Virus record (IMG/VR): IMGVR_UViG_2541047736_000006
Reading direction: 5' to 3' (one strand)
Length of the DNA stretch: 29,571 bases
DNA from: a virus
Lineage: Duplodnaviria; Heunggongvirae; Uroviricota; Caudoviricetes
In this document: one piece after another, positions 9,072 through 17,508 of the stretch
Layout of the letters: each line of letters begins with the position of its first letter
How positions within the stretch are numbered: position 1 is the stretch's first letter
Notes under the pieces: model-generated
What the model was told of the DNA's origin: nothing
The model's database searches: none
What the model saw: only the letters and a program-made list of their open reading frames with translations
Made by a program: the position numbers and the translations under genes

Positions 9072-9893
9072 TTATCCTCTCAGTTCCTGTTGTGCCAGTG
9101 GCTGAAGCGTACCCTGATAGCGGGCCAGGTCGGGACGGTATGCTGCCCCCGGTGCATAAGACCAGCCGACGTCGGTGGTCACCTTCGTGGTGCCGGTATT
9201 AAAGGTGGCCACGTTCCGCATTTCGCCGGTTTTCTCTGAGACCAGTTTCAGTTCCTGGCCCATGGCAGAGCCGGAGCTGATAACCTTCAGGCCACGGGCA
9301 CGTACATCCGCCGCACTCAGGGCAATCACACTACAGCGGCAGCGCCAGCCGTTCGGCGGGTAAAATGCCTGCCAGAACGGGTCATCCCAACGCAGCACCA
9401 GACCATGCAGCGCCAGATGGCTCCTGCGGGTATGACTGTCGTTGATGCCGGTATACATCCAGTACGGCCTGTCGTCGACGTTTTCCATCTGTTCCGCCCA
9501 ACGACCGGCGCTGTAGAGTACGGACATATTGGTGCGAAAGATGGTATCGAGCCGCCACGGACTGCCCTGCTGAATGGTGACCGGCTCACCCGTTACCGGG
9601 TCAGTCGTGTCACGTGGTCCCCACCATCCCTTACGCTTCAGCACCGGCTCCAGCTCCTGCCGGAACCAGCGATCGGTTTTTCCTTCATCGACAGCCTGCT
9701 GCAGTGCCCCGCGAATATCTTCCAGGATATCCAGGCGGGTCACTTTAGCAACGGTAAAGGCGCGGGCATGGGCCTCCTGCCACATTTCTTCCCAGTCCCA
9801 GGTAATCTGATACCCTTTGGACTTCAGGTAGTTGATTGCCCGCTTCGGGGGAAGCGTCATGCAGTACGCCAGTTCAGCCGTTGTCACGCTCAT
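9072..9893 (-). CDS. Head morphogenesis protein (Mu F-like minor head protein)
   Basis: 273-aa ORF overlapping the portal gene's 3' end by 20 nt. Confidence 0.75.
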   Translation of the reverse strand: MSVTTAELAYCMTLPPKRAINYLKSKGYQITWDWEEMWQEAHARAFTVAKVTRLDILEDIRGALQQAVDEGKTDRWFRQELEPVLKRKGWWGPRDTTDPVTGEPVTIQQGSPWRLDTIFRTNMSVLYSAGRWAEQMENVDDRPYWMYTGINDSHTRRSHLALHGLVLRWDDPFWQAFYPPNGWRCRCSVIALSAADVRARGLKVISSGSAMGQELKLVSEKTGEMRNVATFNTGTTKVTTDVGWSYAPGAAYRPDLARYQGTLQPLAQQELRG

Positions 9894-11370
9894 GCAGACG
9901 CCCCCAGATATTTGTCACAAAGAGAATGCGGGCCAGCCGCTCCTGCAGATCGTCCGTGTTCATCTGAGGGTAGAGCTCCGCCAGTTCGCCCAGCAGCTCA
10001 GACGGGTTAACCCCATTTTCGACCCGCCTGAACAGAGGTGCCAGGACGGGTTCCAGCGTGCCATTTAACGCGCCTCCGTTCATCAGAATGTCCAGCGCGT
10101 CGTCAAGCTGCTGCTGAGCCTGAATATCAGCATCAATCGCCTCGGCAAATGACAGCGGCAGCATGTTATTCTGGCGTTCCGACGGTGATATCTCGTCAAT
10201 ATCGCCGTCCTGCAGTTGGTACTCACGCATGAAGTACTGCGGGGTCAGACGCAGACCCGCCCGGGTGAGTTTTTCGTCGCGGGTGGCACGGGTGTCATCA
10301 ATGGCCTCCTGTTCCCACATGGCCCAGACCGGACACGGCACATCGCCGAAGTTCAGGGTGACCACCGTTCTGATGACCTGATTCACTGCCGCCTGAATGA
10401 TGTCCGCATCCGCATCGCGGATATCAGCCGTCACCTCCAGCCCGGCCTGTGCAGAGGCCTTGTTACTGTTCGCTTCCGTGGTCTGATTCTGACCGAGTAA
10501 TGCAATGGAGATCTCACTGCGTGACAGTGTGATCAGCTCGCGAAATACCTCGCTGCTGTCTGCCTTGCCATCCGCTGCCCTGAGCTCAATACTGCTGTCA
10601 TCGGGGATGGCGGCCACCGCGTCCTCCACCATCTGCTCCATGGAGTCCAGCAGTTTTTCAATCTCTGCATCATTTGCGCCCCTCGGGTGCTTACCGATCA
10701 CCCACGGGGAACCAAACTTTTCGGCAAAGCGGAGCCAGAATTTCATCCCGCCTTTCTTGAAGGCAACCGGCCAGAAGCACATGGACAGGTCAGGGAAACC
10801 GTAAGGATTGTCATACGAGGCATCCTGTGCCGGCACCACGAATTTTGACGGTGACAGCAGCTCACCCTCCACACCCGCATCACGAGCCCGGAAGCGCAGG
10901 CAGTTGTCCGTATCAAACTGAAACCACTCTGGCGGTTTGCCGACAATATCCGTCACCGCCCACGCCCTGACCGAACGGCCCCACATGATTTCACAGGGCT
11001 GATACCCGTAGAGCACGGCATCGCTCATCTCACCGATGATACGGGACAGATCCAGATCGTCGAGCATGTCGCGGATGAAACGGAAGACCCGGGCAGAAGC
11101 GTGACCGCGCTCCAGTCCACGCTCCAGCGATTTGAGCGCTGCTTTACGTCTGCGGATACAGCCCCCGACCAGCGGGTCGGTGCGCAGTTCCCGGTAGATA
11201 CGGATATCCCGTCCCTGCGCCTTGAGAATGGGATCAGGATTGGGCAGATACATGCCCAGAGCGTAAAAGTCGATGGCGCGACTGCGCGAGGCAATCTGCG
11301 CGGTCAGTGATTTCTGAGGCTCAGAAAACGCAACAAATTCATCGGGTGAAACCCAGATACCTTTAGCCAT
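9874..11370 (-). CDS. Portal protein (Mu gp29 / DUF935-type)
   Basis: 498-aa ORF; its ATG overlaps the terminase stop (ATGA). Size and position are typical. Confidence 0.85.
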   Translation of the reverse strand: MAKGIWVSPDEFVAFSEPQKSLTAQIASRSRAIDFYALGMYLPNPDPILKAQGRDIRIYRELRTDPLVGGCIRRRKAALKSLERGLERGHASARVFRFIRDMLDDLDLSRIIGEMSDAVLYGYQPCEIMWGRSVRAWAVTDIVGKPPEWFQFDTDNCLRFRARDAGVEGELLSPSKFVVPAQDASYDNPYGFPDLSMCFWPVAFKKGGMKFWLRFAEKFGSPWVIGKHPRGANDAEIEKLLDSMEQMVEDAVAAIPDDSSIELRAADGKADSSEVFRELITLSRSEISIALLGQNQTTEANSNKASAQAGLEVTADIRDADADIIQAAVNQVIRTVVTLNFGDVPCPVWAMWEQEAIDDTRATRDEKLTRAGLRLTPQYFMREYQLQDGDIDEISPSERQNNMLPLSFAEAIDADIQAQQQLDDALDILMNGGALNGTLEPVLAPLFRRVENGVNPSELLGELAELYPQMNTDDLQERLARILFVTNIWGRLHERDNG

Positions 11371-12962
11371 CAGTACCCCTCCAGCATGCGGGCCGCCTGA
11401 CGACGACGGCGTGAGCTTGCCTTCACCGGCCCTTTGTTAATTTCACGGCTGGCGAAATACGCCAGCGCCAGTGCGATGGCTGAATCCCCGTGACGTTTAC
11501 CACCATCAGCCTTTGCTTTTGAGCGTTGCTCCGGCACGCGGGGGACACCGTTCACCACCTGAACGGCCCGCAGGTCATCCAGTGTGTCTTCATCCTTTGG
11601 TAAGTCCACCAGGTTACCGTCTTCCAGTGCAGCTTTGACCGGAGGCATATGCTCCCGGTACCAGCCTTCGGTTGGCATCACCTGCTGAACCCGGCCGGAG
11701 CCGTAGCGCTGCATGGCGTATTCAGCCAGATAGGCACCATTACCACGGGCATCAAACGCAGCACCCAGCAGACCGGGCAGGCCATCCATCAGATACCAGG
11801 TGATTTGCTCCTGCTGCCTGAACGGCACGTTACGCAACTCCAGTACGAATGGCACGCGTCGTATCAGGTTCTTCTCCTGCAACAACGGGTAGTCCACCGA
11901 CAAATCCCCGCTGCGACCAAAGTCACGCCCTAGAAAAGAGCGGGCACCAGCGGGGAGCGCCTCCAGTAATGGTTTCAGATGCTCATCAAGCCAGTCCTGC
12001 GTCTCGCGGAAGCGAACTTCATCAGACAGCAGTTCATAACCTTCCTTGCAGGTCAGACGCAATACCGGCGTATCAGCGGACATGCGGGACTCTATCAGGG
12101 CTCGGGACAGCCAGGCACCGCCACCGTTGGCCGGAATACAGTCAAGCTCTTCGGATGCACCGGCACCGTAGAATTTGTACACCGACGCCATCCAGGCCTG
12201 CTCGGATGCCTCCGACCATTCCTTCCCGGTGCGCAGACAAACGCGCCGGAACAGCCCCTCAGATACGGCTTCCCGGAAAGTGATGCGATGTACGCTGCCT
12301 CCCTGACGTCCGGCACGGATATCCCCGATAAGCGTATTGAACGGATTGTCGTCACCGTCATGGGTGGAGATAACGCGTACCTTTCCCCCCCAGATAAGCA
12401 TCGCCAGCGCCGCTTTCAGCAGTTCGTCCAGTTGCTCATGGAACGCCGCTTCGTCGATAACAATAATACCCTGACGGCCACGCAGGTTAGACGGGCGGCT
12501 GGAGAGCGCAACAATACGAAAGCCGGAGTCAGGAAATTTGATGGTGTAAGTCTTGATGTGTTTGTCGTCGTCCTCTTCCCAGAATCCTTCTTCAATTTCA
12601 CTGGCCGCATAGTTGAATGCCCGTGCCCACATCGCACACGCCTGAATGTATTCGACGGTCATGTCCTGGTTATAAGCGATGTAATACACATTCATCCCGC
12701 CTGCTGGCGCAGAAGAGGCGGCGGTCAGTACGTTATCGGATGCCTCAGCCCATGTAATACCGGTACGACGGCTCTTTTCTATCACCTTAAGCGGAGAGGT
12801 GTCTGCCACCCAGCGCTGCTGGTAAGGCAACAGAACGGGAGGGGCATCCAGCGCCGAGGTATCAGGCAAAACGGGAGCAAGGTTATTCCTCCCGTCCATG
12901 GGACTCATCCCTTCGGGGCCGCCGCCAGCGGCGTTTAAAATCACTCCGGATGATTTTGTCAT
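11370..12962 (-). CDS. Terminase large subunit (Mu gp28-like)
   Basis: 530-aa ORF with a Walker-B-like IIVIDEAAFH and a C-terminal nuclease-like region; ATGA overlap with the upstream small-terminase-like gene. Confidence 0.85.
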   Translation of the reverse strand: MTKSSGVILNAAGGGPEGMSPMDGRNNLAPVLPDTSALDAPPVLLPYQQRWVADTSPLKVIEKSRRTGITWAEASDNVLTAASSAPAGGMNVYYIAYNQDMTVEYIQACAMWARAFNYAASEIEEGFWEEDDDKHIKTYTIKFPDSGFRIVALSSRPSNLRGRQGIIVIDEAAFHEQLDELLKAALAMLIWGGKVRVISTHDGDDNPFNTLIGDIRAGRQGGSVHRITFREAVSEGLFRRVCLRTGKEWSEASEQAWMASVYKFYGAGASEELDCIPANGGGAWLSRALIESRMSADTPVLRLTCKEGYELLSDEVRFRETQDWLDEHLKPLLEALPAGARSFLGRDFGRSGDLSVDYPLLQEKNLIRRVPFVLELRNVPFRQQEQITWYLMDGLPGLLGAAFDARGNGAYLAEYAMQRYGSGRVQQVMPTEGWYREHMPPVKAALEDGNLVDLPKDEDTLDDLRAVQVVNGVPRVPEQRSKAKADGGKRHGDSAIALALAYFASREINKGPVKASSRRRRQAARMLEGY

Positions 12963-13504
12963 GTGGCAATCCCCAGAATCTCGCGACGAAGCGCCTGTAC
13001 TGCGTCGCTTGACAGTCCCCCCTTACGGGCAATTTTCTCGGCGTTGCTGGCTGCCTGCTGCGCTCTGGCCCGTACTTCAGACTGGAACTTTTTGAGGTTG
13101 ACGGACGCGCGGGACAGCGTAGCCACATTCTTCGCCACCTTCGACAGCAGGGCCACGCGTTCTTTAGGATCGACTTCGCCTTCTTCCGCCTCCTGCAACT
13201 GGACAATACTCTCGAACAGCTCGGTCTGAATAAGGGCTATCACAGCCTCCGAACGCGCATCCTGATCGTCTGCTGCGCCTTCGGTCAGCATGCGGGCCGC
13301 TTCTGTTGCCGCACGGATAGCACCATAGCGGCGCTCAATCTTCTGTCCATAGCGATGGATAGCGGATTTGCTGATGACGTACCCCCGCTCACGCAGCAGG
13401 GACTCCAGCTCGTTATACCCGCTGAAGCCGGATTCAGTCAGCGCCCGTTCAAGCCAGCGGCGCACGTCTTCCGGCAGCTTTTCTATTGTGCTGCGTCTGG
13501 CCAT
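12959..13504 (-). CDS. Putative terminase small subunit / DNA-recognition protein (Mu gp27-like)
   Basis: 181-aa charged alpha-helical protein immediately upstream of the large terminase. Confidence 0.55.
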   Translation of the reverse strand: MARRSTIEKLPEDVRRWLERALTESGFSGYNELESLLRERGYVISKSAIHRYGQKIERRYGAIRAATEAARMLTEGAADDQDARSEAVIALIQTELFESIVQLQEAEEGEVDPKERVALLSKVAKNVATLSRASVNLKKFQSEVRARAQQAASNAEKIARKGGLSSDAVQALRREILGIAT

Positions 13505-13815
13505 TATTCACTCCAGTACTTTTCCGGGCGGGCAATACCCGGACCACATTCCACGGTGTATTCCACCAGGTCTACGCCGAGGCGGGTCAGGTCAGCAAAC
13601 CAGTCGCCAGAAGGTTTTTTCTCCAGATCAACCATTTTACGGTCAGCCAGATAATCCAGTTCGCGGCGCAGTTCCAGCGGTGTGGTGTCCGGGTAGATGG
13701 CACGGGACACATCCAGCAGCAGCGTCTCGCTGGCGGTGTAAGGGCGGGTCTTGTTCAGGGCAACCAGCAGACTCCAGCGCAGGGATTCGCGGCGTACCCG
13801 GGTAATATCGACCAT
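13504..13815 (-). CDS. Hypothetical late protein (103 aa)
   Basis: ORF tightly packed between the spanin/TM-protein genes and the terminase genes. Confidence 0.45.
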   Translation of the reverse strand: MVDITRVRRESLRWSLLVALNKTRPYTASETLLLDVSRAIYPDTTPLELRRELDYLADRKMVDLEKKPSGDWFADLTRLGVDLVEYTVECGPGIARPEKYWSE

Positions 13816-14141
13816 TATTGACCTCCGGTATTGCGGTACTGCTGTACCACTTCCAGTTTGTTATAAAGCGCGTCCAGTTTGGCCTCGATGACTGTCTGGC
13901 CACGGATATAATCCTCGCGACGGACATAATTCAGCGGTAAATCCGCTTTAAATCGCATAAATTCTTTTTCCAGCTCGCCCCAGTTGGAGGCGGACTGTTG
14001 CAGGGCCTGTTCAAGGGAGGCGAATCGTGCCGCCTGGCGTTCTTCTGTTTTACTGAACAACCATTTGGCGAGCCCTCCCACAAACCCCATGAAGGTGAGC
14101 AGAAAACTCACCACCGTCCAGAATTCAACCTGCAGTGTCAT
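13815..14141 (-). CDS. Small membrane-anchored late protein (108 aa)
   Basis: N-terminal hydrophobic helix (FWTVVSFLLTFMGFVGGLAKWLF) followed by a charged helical region; end of the lysis cassette. Confidence 0.5.
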   Translation of the reverse strand: MTLQVEFWTVVSFLLTFMGFVGGLAKWLFSKTEERQAARFASLEQALQQSASNWGELEKEFMRFKADLPLNYVRREDYIRGQTVIEAKLDALYNKLEVVQQYRNTGGQ

Positions 14142-14788
14142 TTCTGTAATCCTTCCCGTTCATCCAGTAACGCGTTTATCTGGTTCCGCCAGCGACGACA
14201 TTGTCCTGCGTTGTCGATGATGTTGGCGAGAACGTCACGCTGGGAGACACCCGAATCGCGTAACCGGGTGTCAGTGGTTTCAGGTTGCCCGGTCGCTGTG
14301 CCAGAGCGGGTGCCAGCGGCGGCAACTGAGTCTGAATGACCGGTGTCGACGGATGCGTTGTCATATCCGAGTGCGGCGTTGTACTGGCGCACGAAACCGC
14401 GAGTAAACACGCACTCAATGGGATGGCTCTTACCTTTTTCATCAATCCAGCGCTGTGTGACATCGTTAATTTGCCCCTGTAGTTGTTTATTCCGGCTCTC
14501 CAGTTGAGCAATCTGCTCAAGATAACCGGCTTCAGCCCGCTGCCCGGCGGCCACCTGCTCCTGATACCGTCTGGCCCAGGCCCGCAGCGCAGCATTCTCA
14601 AGCGTTGTCTGCTCCGTTTTGTACGCGTCAAATGCTGACTGCAACTGACTGAGCGCGGTATCACCGTCACGCTTTGCAGAGTCATGACCACTTCTGTATC
14701 CCATGGCATACAGGCCGACCAGAAAGGCATTGATAAGAATGGCCAGCAGAATGCCGCGCCACGGCAGCTTTTTAACCAGATGCCACAC
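14138..14788 (-). CDS. Inner-membrane spanin (Rz-like)
   Basis: Start reassigned to GTG at 14788 (GGGGAGG 8 nt upstream). N-terminal TM helix (WRGILLAILINAFLVGLYAMGY) then a long coiled-coil-like periplasmic region; contains the nested lipoprotein ORF. Confidence 0.65.
   Translation of the reverse strand: MWHLVKKLPWRGILLAILINAFLVGLYAMGYRSGHDSAKRDGDTALSQLQSAFDAYKTEQTTLENAALRAWARRYQEQVAAGQRAEAGYLEQIAQLESRNKQLQGQINDVTQRWIDEKGKSHPIECVFTRGFVRQYNAALGYDNASVDTGHSDSVAAAGTRSGTATGQPETTDTRLRDSGVSQRDVLANIIDNAGQCRRWRNQINALLDEREGLQK
14176..14442 (-). CDS. Outer-membrane spanin lipoprotein (Rz1-like), embedded in the Rz-like gene
   Basis: ATG at 14442..14440. 88-aa product MKKVRAIPLSACLLAVSCAS... with a lipobox (LSAC or AVSC) and a proline-rich mature part; lies entirely inside 14138..14788 in another frame. 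Confidence 0.7.
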   Translation of the reverse strand: MKKVRAIPLSACLLAVSCASTTPHSDMTTHPSTPVIQTQLPPLAPALAQRPGNLKPLTPGYAIRVSPSVTFSPTSSTTQDNVVAGGTR

Positions 14789-15512
14789 AACTGCTGCCTC
14801 CCCATGTGAGATATCGCGGTGCCAGTTCGCGCAGGATGCGCTGCGGATAATGGCGGTTCTCCCGCCAGCTGGCCGCATTGCGTCCGGCATTCACCGTGGC
14901 GACATGTCCGAACCAGCGGGTGCTGTCCAGACCTTTCTGTGATGCAAGCCGCCTGTCCCGTTGTACCCAGCCCAGACCACCGTTATAGCCCGACAGTGTC
15001 ATGGCCATACGCTCGCAGTCACTGGCGGCGCTGACACGCTGCCACAGCCAGCGGTCATAGCTGACCAGCGCCCGGATAGCCCATGCCGGATTAAACGGCT
15101 CACGACTGCTCAGCATCGGTATCAACTGGCTTATCCAGTCGGCAGTGGCAGGCATGAACTGCGCCAGTCCCTGAGCGCCAGCCGGCGAGATCGCATCAGG
15201 TCGCCAGCCGCTTTCCTGATGCAGTTGCGCGGCGAAATCGGCCACCGGCGCAGACAGTCCCCATTCAAGCCGGGCATTACGGATCACATCATCGCGATAC
15301 TGCAGCGCAGCCTGCGGAGGTTGTGCTGCGCATGCCTGGCTGAAAAAGCCGCCACACCAGAGCAACATTGCGACAAAGAATACCCATGCCATATGAACCA
15401 GAAAGGTCCCGGCGCGGACTGACAGGCGTTCGGTTCTGATGAAGACCCGAAAGGCTTCGAAAGCCAGTTTCAGGGACATGCATACAATCCAGGTGATCTG
15501 CGGCCAGTTCAT
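14772..15512 (-). CDS. Endolysin, lytic transglycosylase (SLT domain)
   Basis: SLT signature (LHQESGWRPDAISPAGAQGLAQFMPATA). Hydrophobic N-terminal segment(s) suggest a secreted or signal-anchored endolysin. Start is ambiguous (ATG at 15512 right after the holin stop, or an internal Met). Confidence 0.8.
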   Translation of the reverse strand: MNWPQITWIVCMSLKLAFEAFRVFIRTERLSVRAGTFLVHMAWVFFVAMLLWCGGFFSQACAAQPPQAALQYRDDVIRNARLEWGLSAPVADFAAQLHQESGWRPDAISPAGAQGLAQFMPATADWISQLIPMLSSREPFNPAWAIRALVSYDRWLWQRVSAASDCERMAMTLSGYNGGLGWVQRDRRLASQKGLDSTRWFGHVATVNAGRNAASWRENRHYPQRILRELAPRYLTWGGSSCVASG

Positions 15513-15514
15513 GA

Positions 15515-15865
15515 TTAAAGCCCCATCGCAACAGCCAGGCAGACCGCTGCAACAATCAGTGCACGGCGGATTAACGCAGCAGAAAACACCAGGTGAAGGC
15601 CGGTCTGTACCGGGAAACGCCCTTCAGCCATCAGCCTGTCGTCATGTTTCAGGTACTGACCGGGACGGGCTTTGGGGAAGAGCGAACGGTCAAGCCAGTA
15701 ACCCAGCACTGCTGCCAGCGTGATGAGTGCCAGCTTGTAGATCACAACAGGCAGCTGCTGTGGTGAGACCAGAGCGATGGTGCCCAGCAACAGCACTGAG
15801 GTCAGCAGCCAGCCGCTGAGGCGAGGTTTTTTAACAGGGGGAATGAATTTTTTCAGGTTTTTCAT
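15515..15865 (-). CDS. Putative holin (first gene of the late operon)
   Basis: Start reassigned to ATG 15865..15863 (GAGGAGA 6 nt upstream). 116-aa product with two or three hydrophobic helices (WLLTSVLLLGTIALV, VVIYKLALITLAAVLGYWL, LIVAAVCLAVAMGL). Confidence 0.6.
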   Translation of the reverse strand: MKNLKKFIPPVKKPRLSGWLLTSVLLLGTIALVSPQQLPVVIYKLALITLAAVLGYWLDRSLFPKARPGQYLKHDDRLMAEGRFPVQTGLHLVFSAALIRRALIVAAVCLAVAMGL

Positions 15866-15995
15866 GTGTGTCTCCTCGTTTGGTGGAGACAGCATCACAA
15901 ATACAGGGCGCAAAGGATTTTAAAGCGCGTTAAGAGAGCCGGGGATACGGGATGTGCAGGATAAACGATGAATTATTCACAGAGGAGAATACGAT
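15866..15995. promoter_or_regulatory. Divergent control region: late-operon promoter (leftward) and promoter of the P-loop gene (rightward)
   Basis: 130-bp gap between divergent first genes, each with a strong SD (GAGGAG). Inverted repeat GTCTCC-N9-GGAGAC (15870..15890) overlaps the holin SD. Confidence 0.45.
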
Positions 15996-16724
15996 ATGAC
16001 GCACACACTGAATCCGGTCATCACTGTCACTGTGTCCGGTCCTGTGGGCAGCGGTAAAAGTTACGTACTGGCGCGGATAGAAGAGATGGTGAAACAGGAA
16101 CTCGGAAACAGCGTCATTGTCGATGCTGCTGACGTGGAGAATGAGCGCCGTATGAATGGCGAAGATCTGACGACCTGGCAGAAGCCACGGGGTGGCACAG
16201 TGATCAGGCTGGAGGAATACACGGGACAGGGCCTGTTGTCATACGGCGAGGAGCGTATCTGTCGGACGAATGAGCTGCTGGATGTTATATGCCCCACGGG
16301 CCGGCAACCCTGGATACTGCCCGATGCACTGCATGCCACCATTGCGGCACTGATGACAGTTTACGATCAGGAGCTGCTCATGAAGGAGTTACGTAAACTC
16401 ACCGGTCAGCCAACAGAATGTTGTTCGTCTCCGAAGTACGGCAAACAGGAACACATCCCGATTAACCAGCCTCCCCGGTTCTTCGACGAATACCTTCTGA
16501 CACCGGAAAATAAAGCTGAGCATGAAGAGATCAAAGCGGCGTTGTTCCGGGAAATCAGGAAGATTGCTGAAATGCAGTTGGGGGGCGGGCTGGACAGAGT
16601 GATGGCGAGAGGAGAATGGGCATCGCTGTTTGAAAGAGTTTCCCCGGAATTACTTCCCCTCGCACTGGCTATCGGGATTATGCAGACAGCGGATAAACCT
16701 CACTTACGTTCATTAAACACGTAA
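15996..16724 (+). CDS. P-loop NTPase / kinase-fold protein of unknown function
   Basis: Walker A motif GPVGSGKS at residues 15-22, preceded by a hydrophobic strand (VITVTVSG); GAGGAG 8 nt upstream of the ATG. Transcribed opposite to the late operon. Confidence 0.6.
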   Translation: MTHTLNPVITVTVSGPVGSGKSYVLARIEEMVKQELGNSVIVDAADVENERRMNGEDLTTWQKPRGGTVIRLEEYTGQGLLSYGEERICRTNELLDVICPTGRQPWILPDALHATIAALMTVYDQELLMKELRKLTGQPTECCSSPKYGKQEHIPINQPPRFFDEYLLTPENKAEHEEIKAALFREIRKIAEMQLGGGLDRVMARGEWASLFERVSPELLPLALAIGIMQTADKPHLRSLNT

Positions 16725-17104
16725 CGCATAATCCGGGATACGCATTCAGCGATGACTGCATTTTCACCGGTTTTTACTGCATCCAGAAGTGACTCTTTAA
16801 ATGGTACGGGCCGGGGCTGCAGAAAGGTCGGCATGGCATTGAGCAGACAGAGCGTTTTTTCCGTGAGGACGACATCAGCCGCTCCCACAGCCAGCAACTG
16901 AGAGTAACGAATATAGCTGTTATCCCGAAGCCATATCAGCGTATCAATAAAACACCGGCACTTTTTCTGGTCGTGATCAACCTGGTCCGGGATATCGAAA
17001 AAACCAGAATAAATCAAAACCTGAGGTGCCGGATGCGTGTTCAGTAATCGGCAGAATATTTTGCCGGTGAGTACATAAAAATCATCATTTAAGGAGTGCA
17101 TCAT
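16700..17104 (-). CDS. Hypothetical protein (134 aa), uncertain
   Basis: Only open frame across a 380-bp, AT-richer segment. No convincing SD, and its start codon overlaps the start of the divergent 71-aa ORF. Confidence 0.3.
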   Translation of the reverse strand: MMHSLNDDFYVLTGKIFCRLLNTHPAPQVLIYSGFFDIPDQVDHDQKKCRCFIDTLIWLRDNSYIRYSQLLAVGAADVVLTEKTLCLLNAMPTFLQPRPVPFKESLLDAVKTGENAVIAECVSRIMRYVFNERK

Positions 17105-17318
17105 GAATCCCCGATTAACGTTAACAGAACATCAGCGCCGTGCTGAAGCAGTGAACAATGTTCTGGAAGATATTATCCGGTTATACCGCGGAGAACTGAG
17201 TGTCTGTCGTGCCGCTTTTCATTTTCAGGGAATACAAAAGCAGTTTGATACTTCTGTTTTTGCAGAAGGTATTACTTATGCCCTGGACCGGATAAGGTCA
17301 GAAAATCGCCCCGGATAA
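17103..17318 (+). CDS. Small hypothetical protein (71 aa)
   Basis: ATG at 17103 with AAGGAG 6 nt upstream; followed 55 nt later by a perfect 12-bp hairpin. Confidence 0.45.
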   Translation: MNPRLTLTEHQRRAEAVNNVLEDIIRLYRGELSVCRAAFHFQGIQKQFDTSVFAEGITYALDRIRSENRPG

Positions 17319-17372
17319 TCCCTAAACCACATTAACAGAAATCCCGCCATCCCTGCCGCATCATGAAAGAAC

Positions 17373-17404
17373 GACCAGCCCGGCACCCGAAAGCCGGGCT
17401 GGTC
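17373..17404. terminator. Perfect 12-bp stem hairpin (possible terminator or RNA structure)
   Basis: GACCAGCCCGGC-ACCCGAAA-GCCGGGCTGGTC. No clear U-tract on the plus strand; a moderately T-rich run follows on the minus strand. Confidence 0.4.
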
Positions 17405-17508
17405 ATCGCCCCACAGGAATGCGCTGTGAGCCGACCAAGGTTCAGTCAGTCTCGCGAGACCTGACCAGACTGCCATATTTTTTAATAATTGTAAAAGGCT
17501 TACAGATT

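Noticed and set aside
14138-14890. 250-aa extended form of the Rz-like ORF starting at ATG 14890
   Set aside because: The extension overlaps the endolysin 3' end by more than 100 nt with no RBS, whereas the GTG at 14788 has a GGGGAGG SD and starts right at the TM helix.
16700-17104. Confident gene call for the 134-aa minus-strand ORF
   Set aside because: No convincing SD, start codon overlapping the divergent plus-strand start, and convergent overlap with the P-loop gene; kept as low-confidence because it is the only open frame across this segment.
17419-17508. N-terminal 30-aa extension of the Dam ORF (track start 17419)
   Set aside because: The methyltransferase conserved N-terminus begins at MKMQTLPIVPW (ATG 17509), which has an AAGG-type RBS upstream; the extension has no RBS and overlaps the upstream hairpin region.
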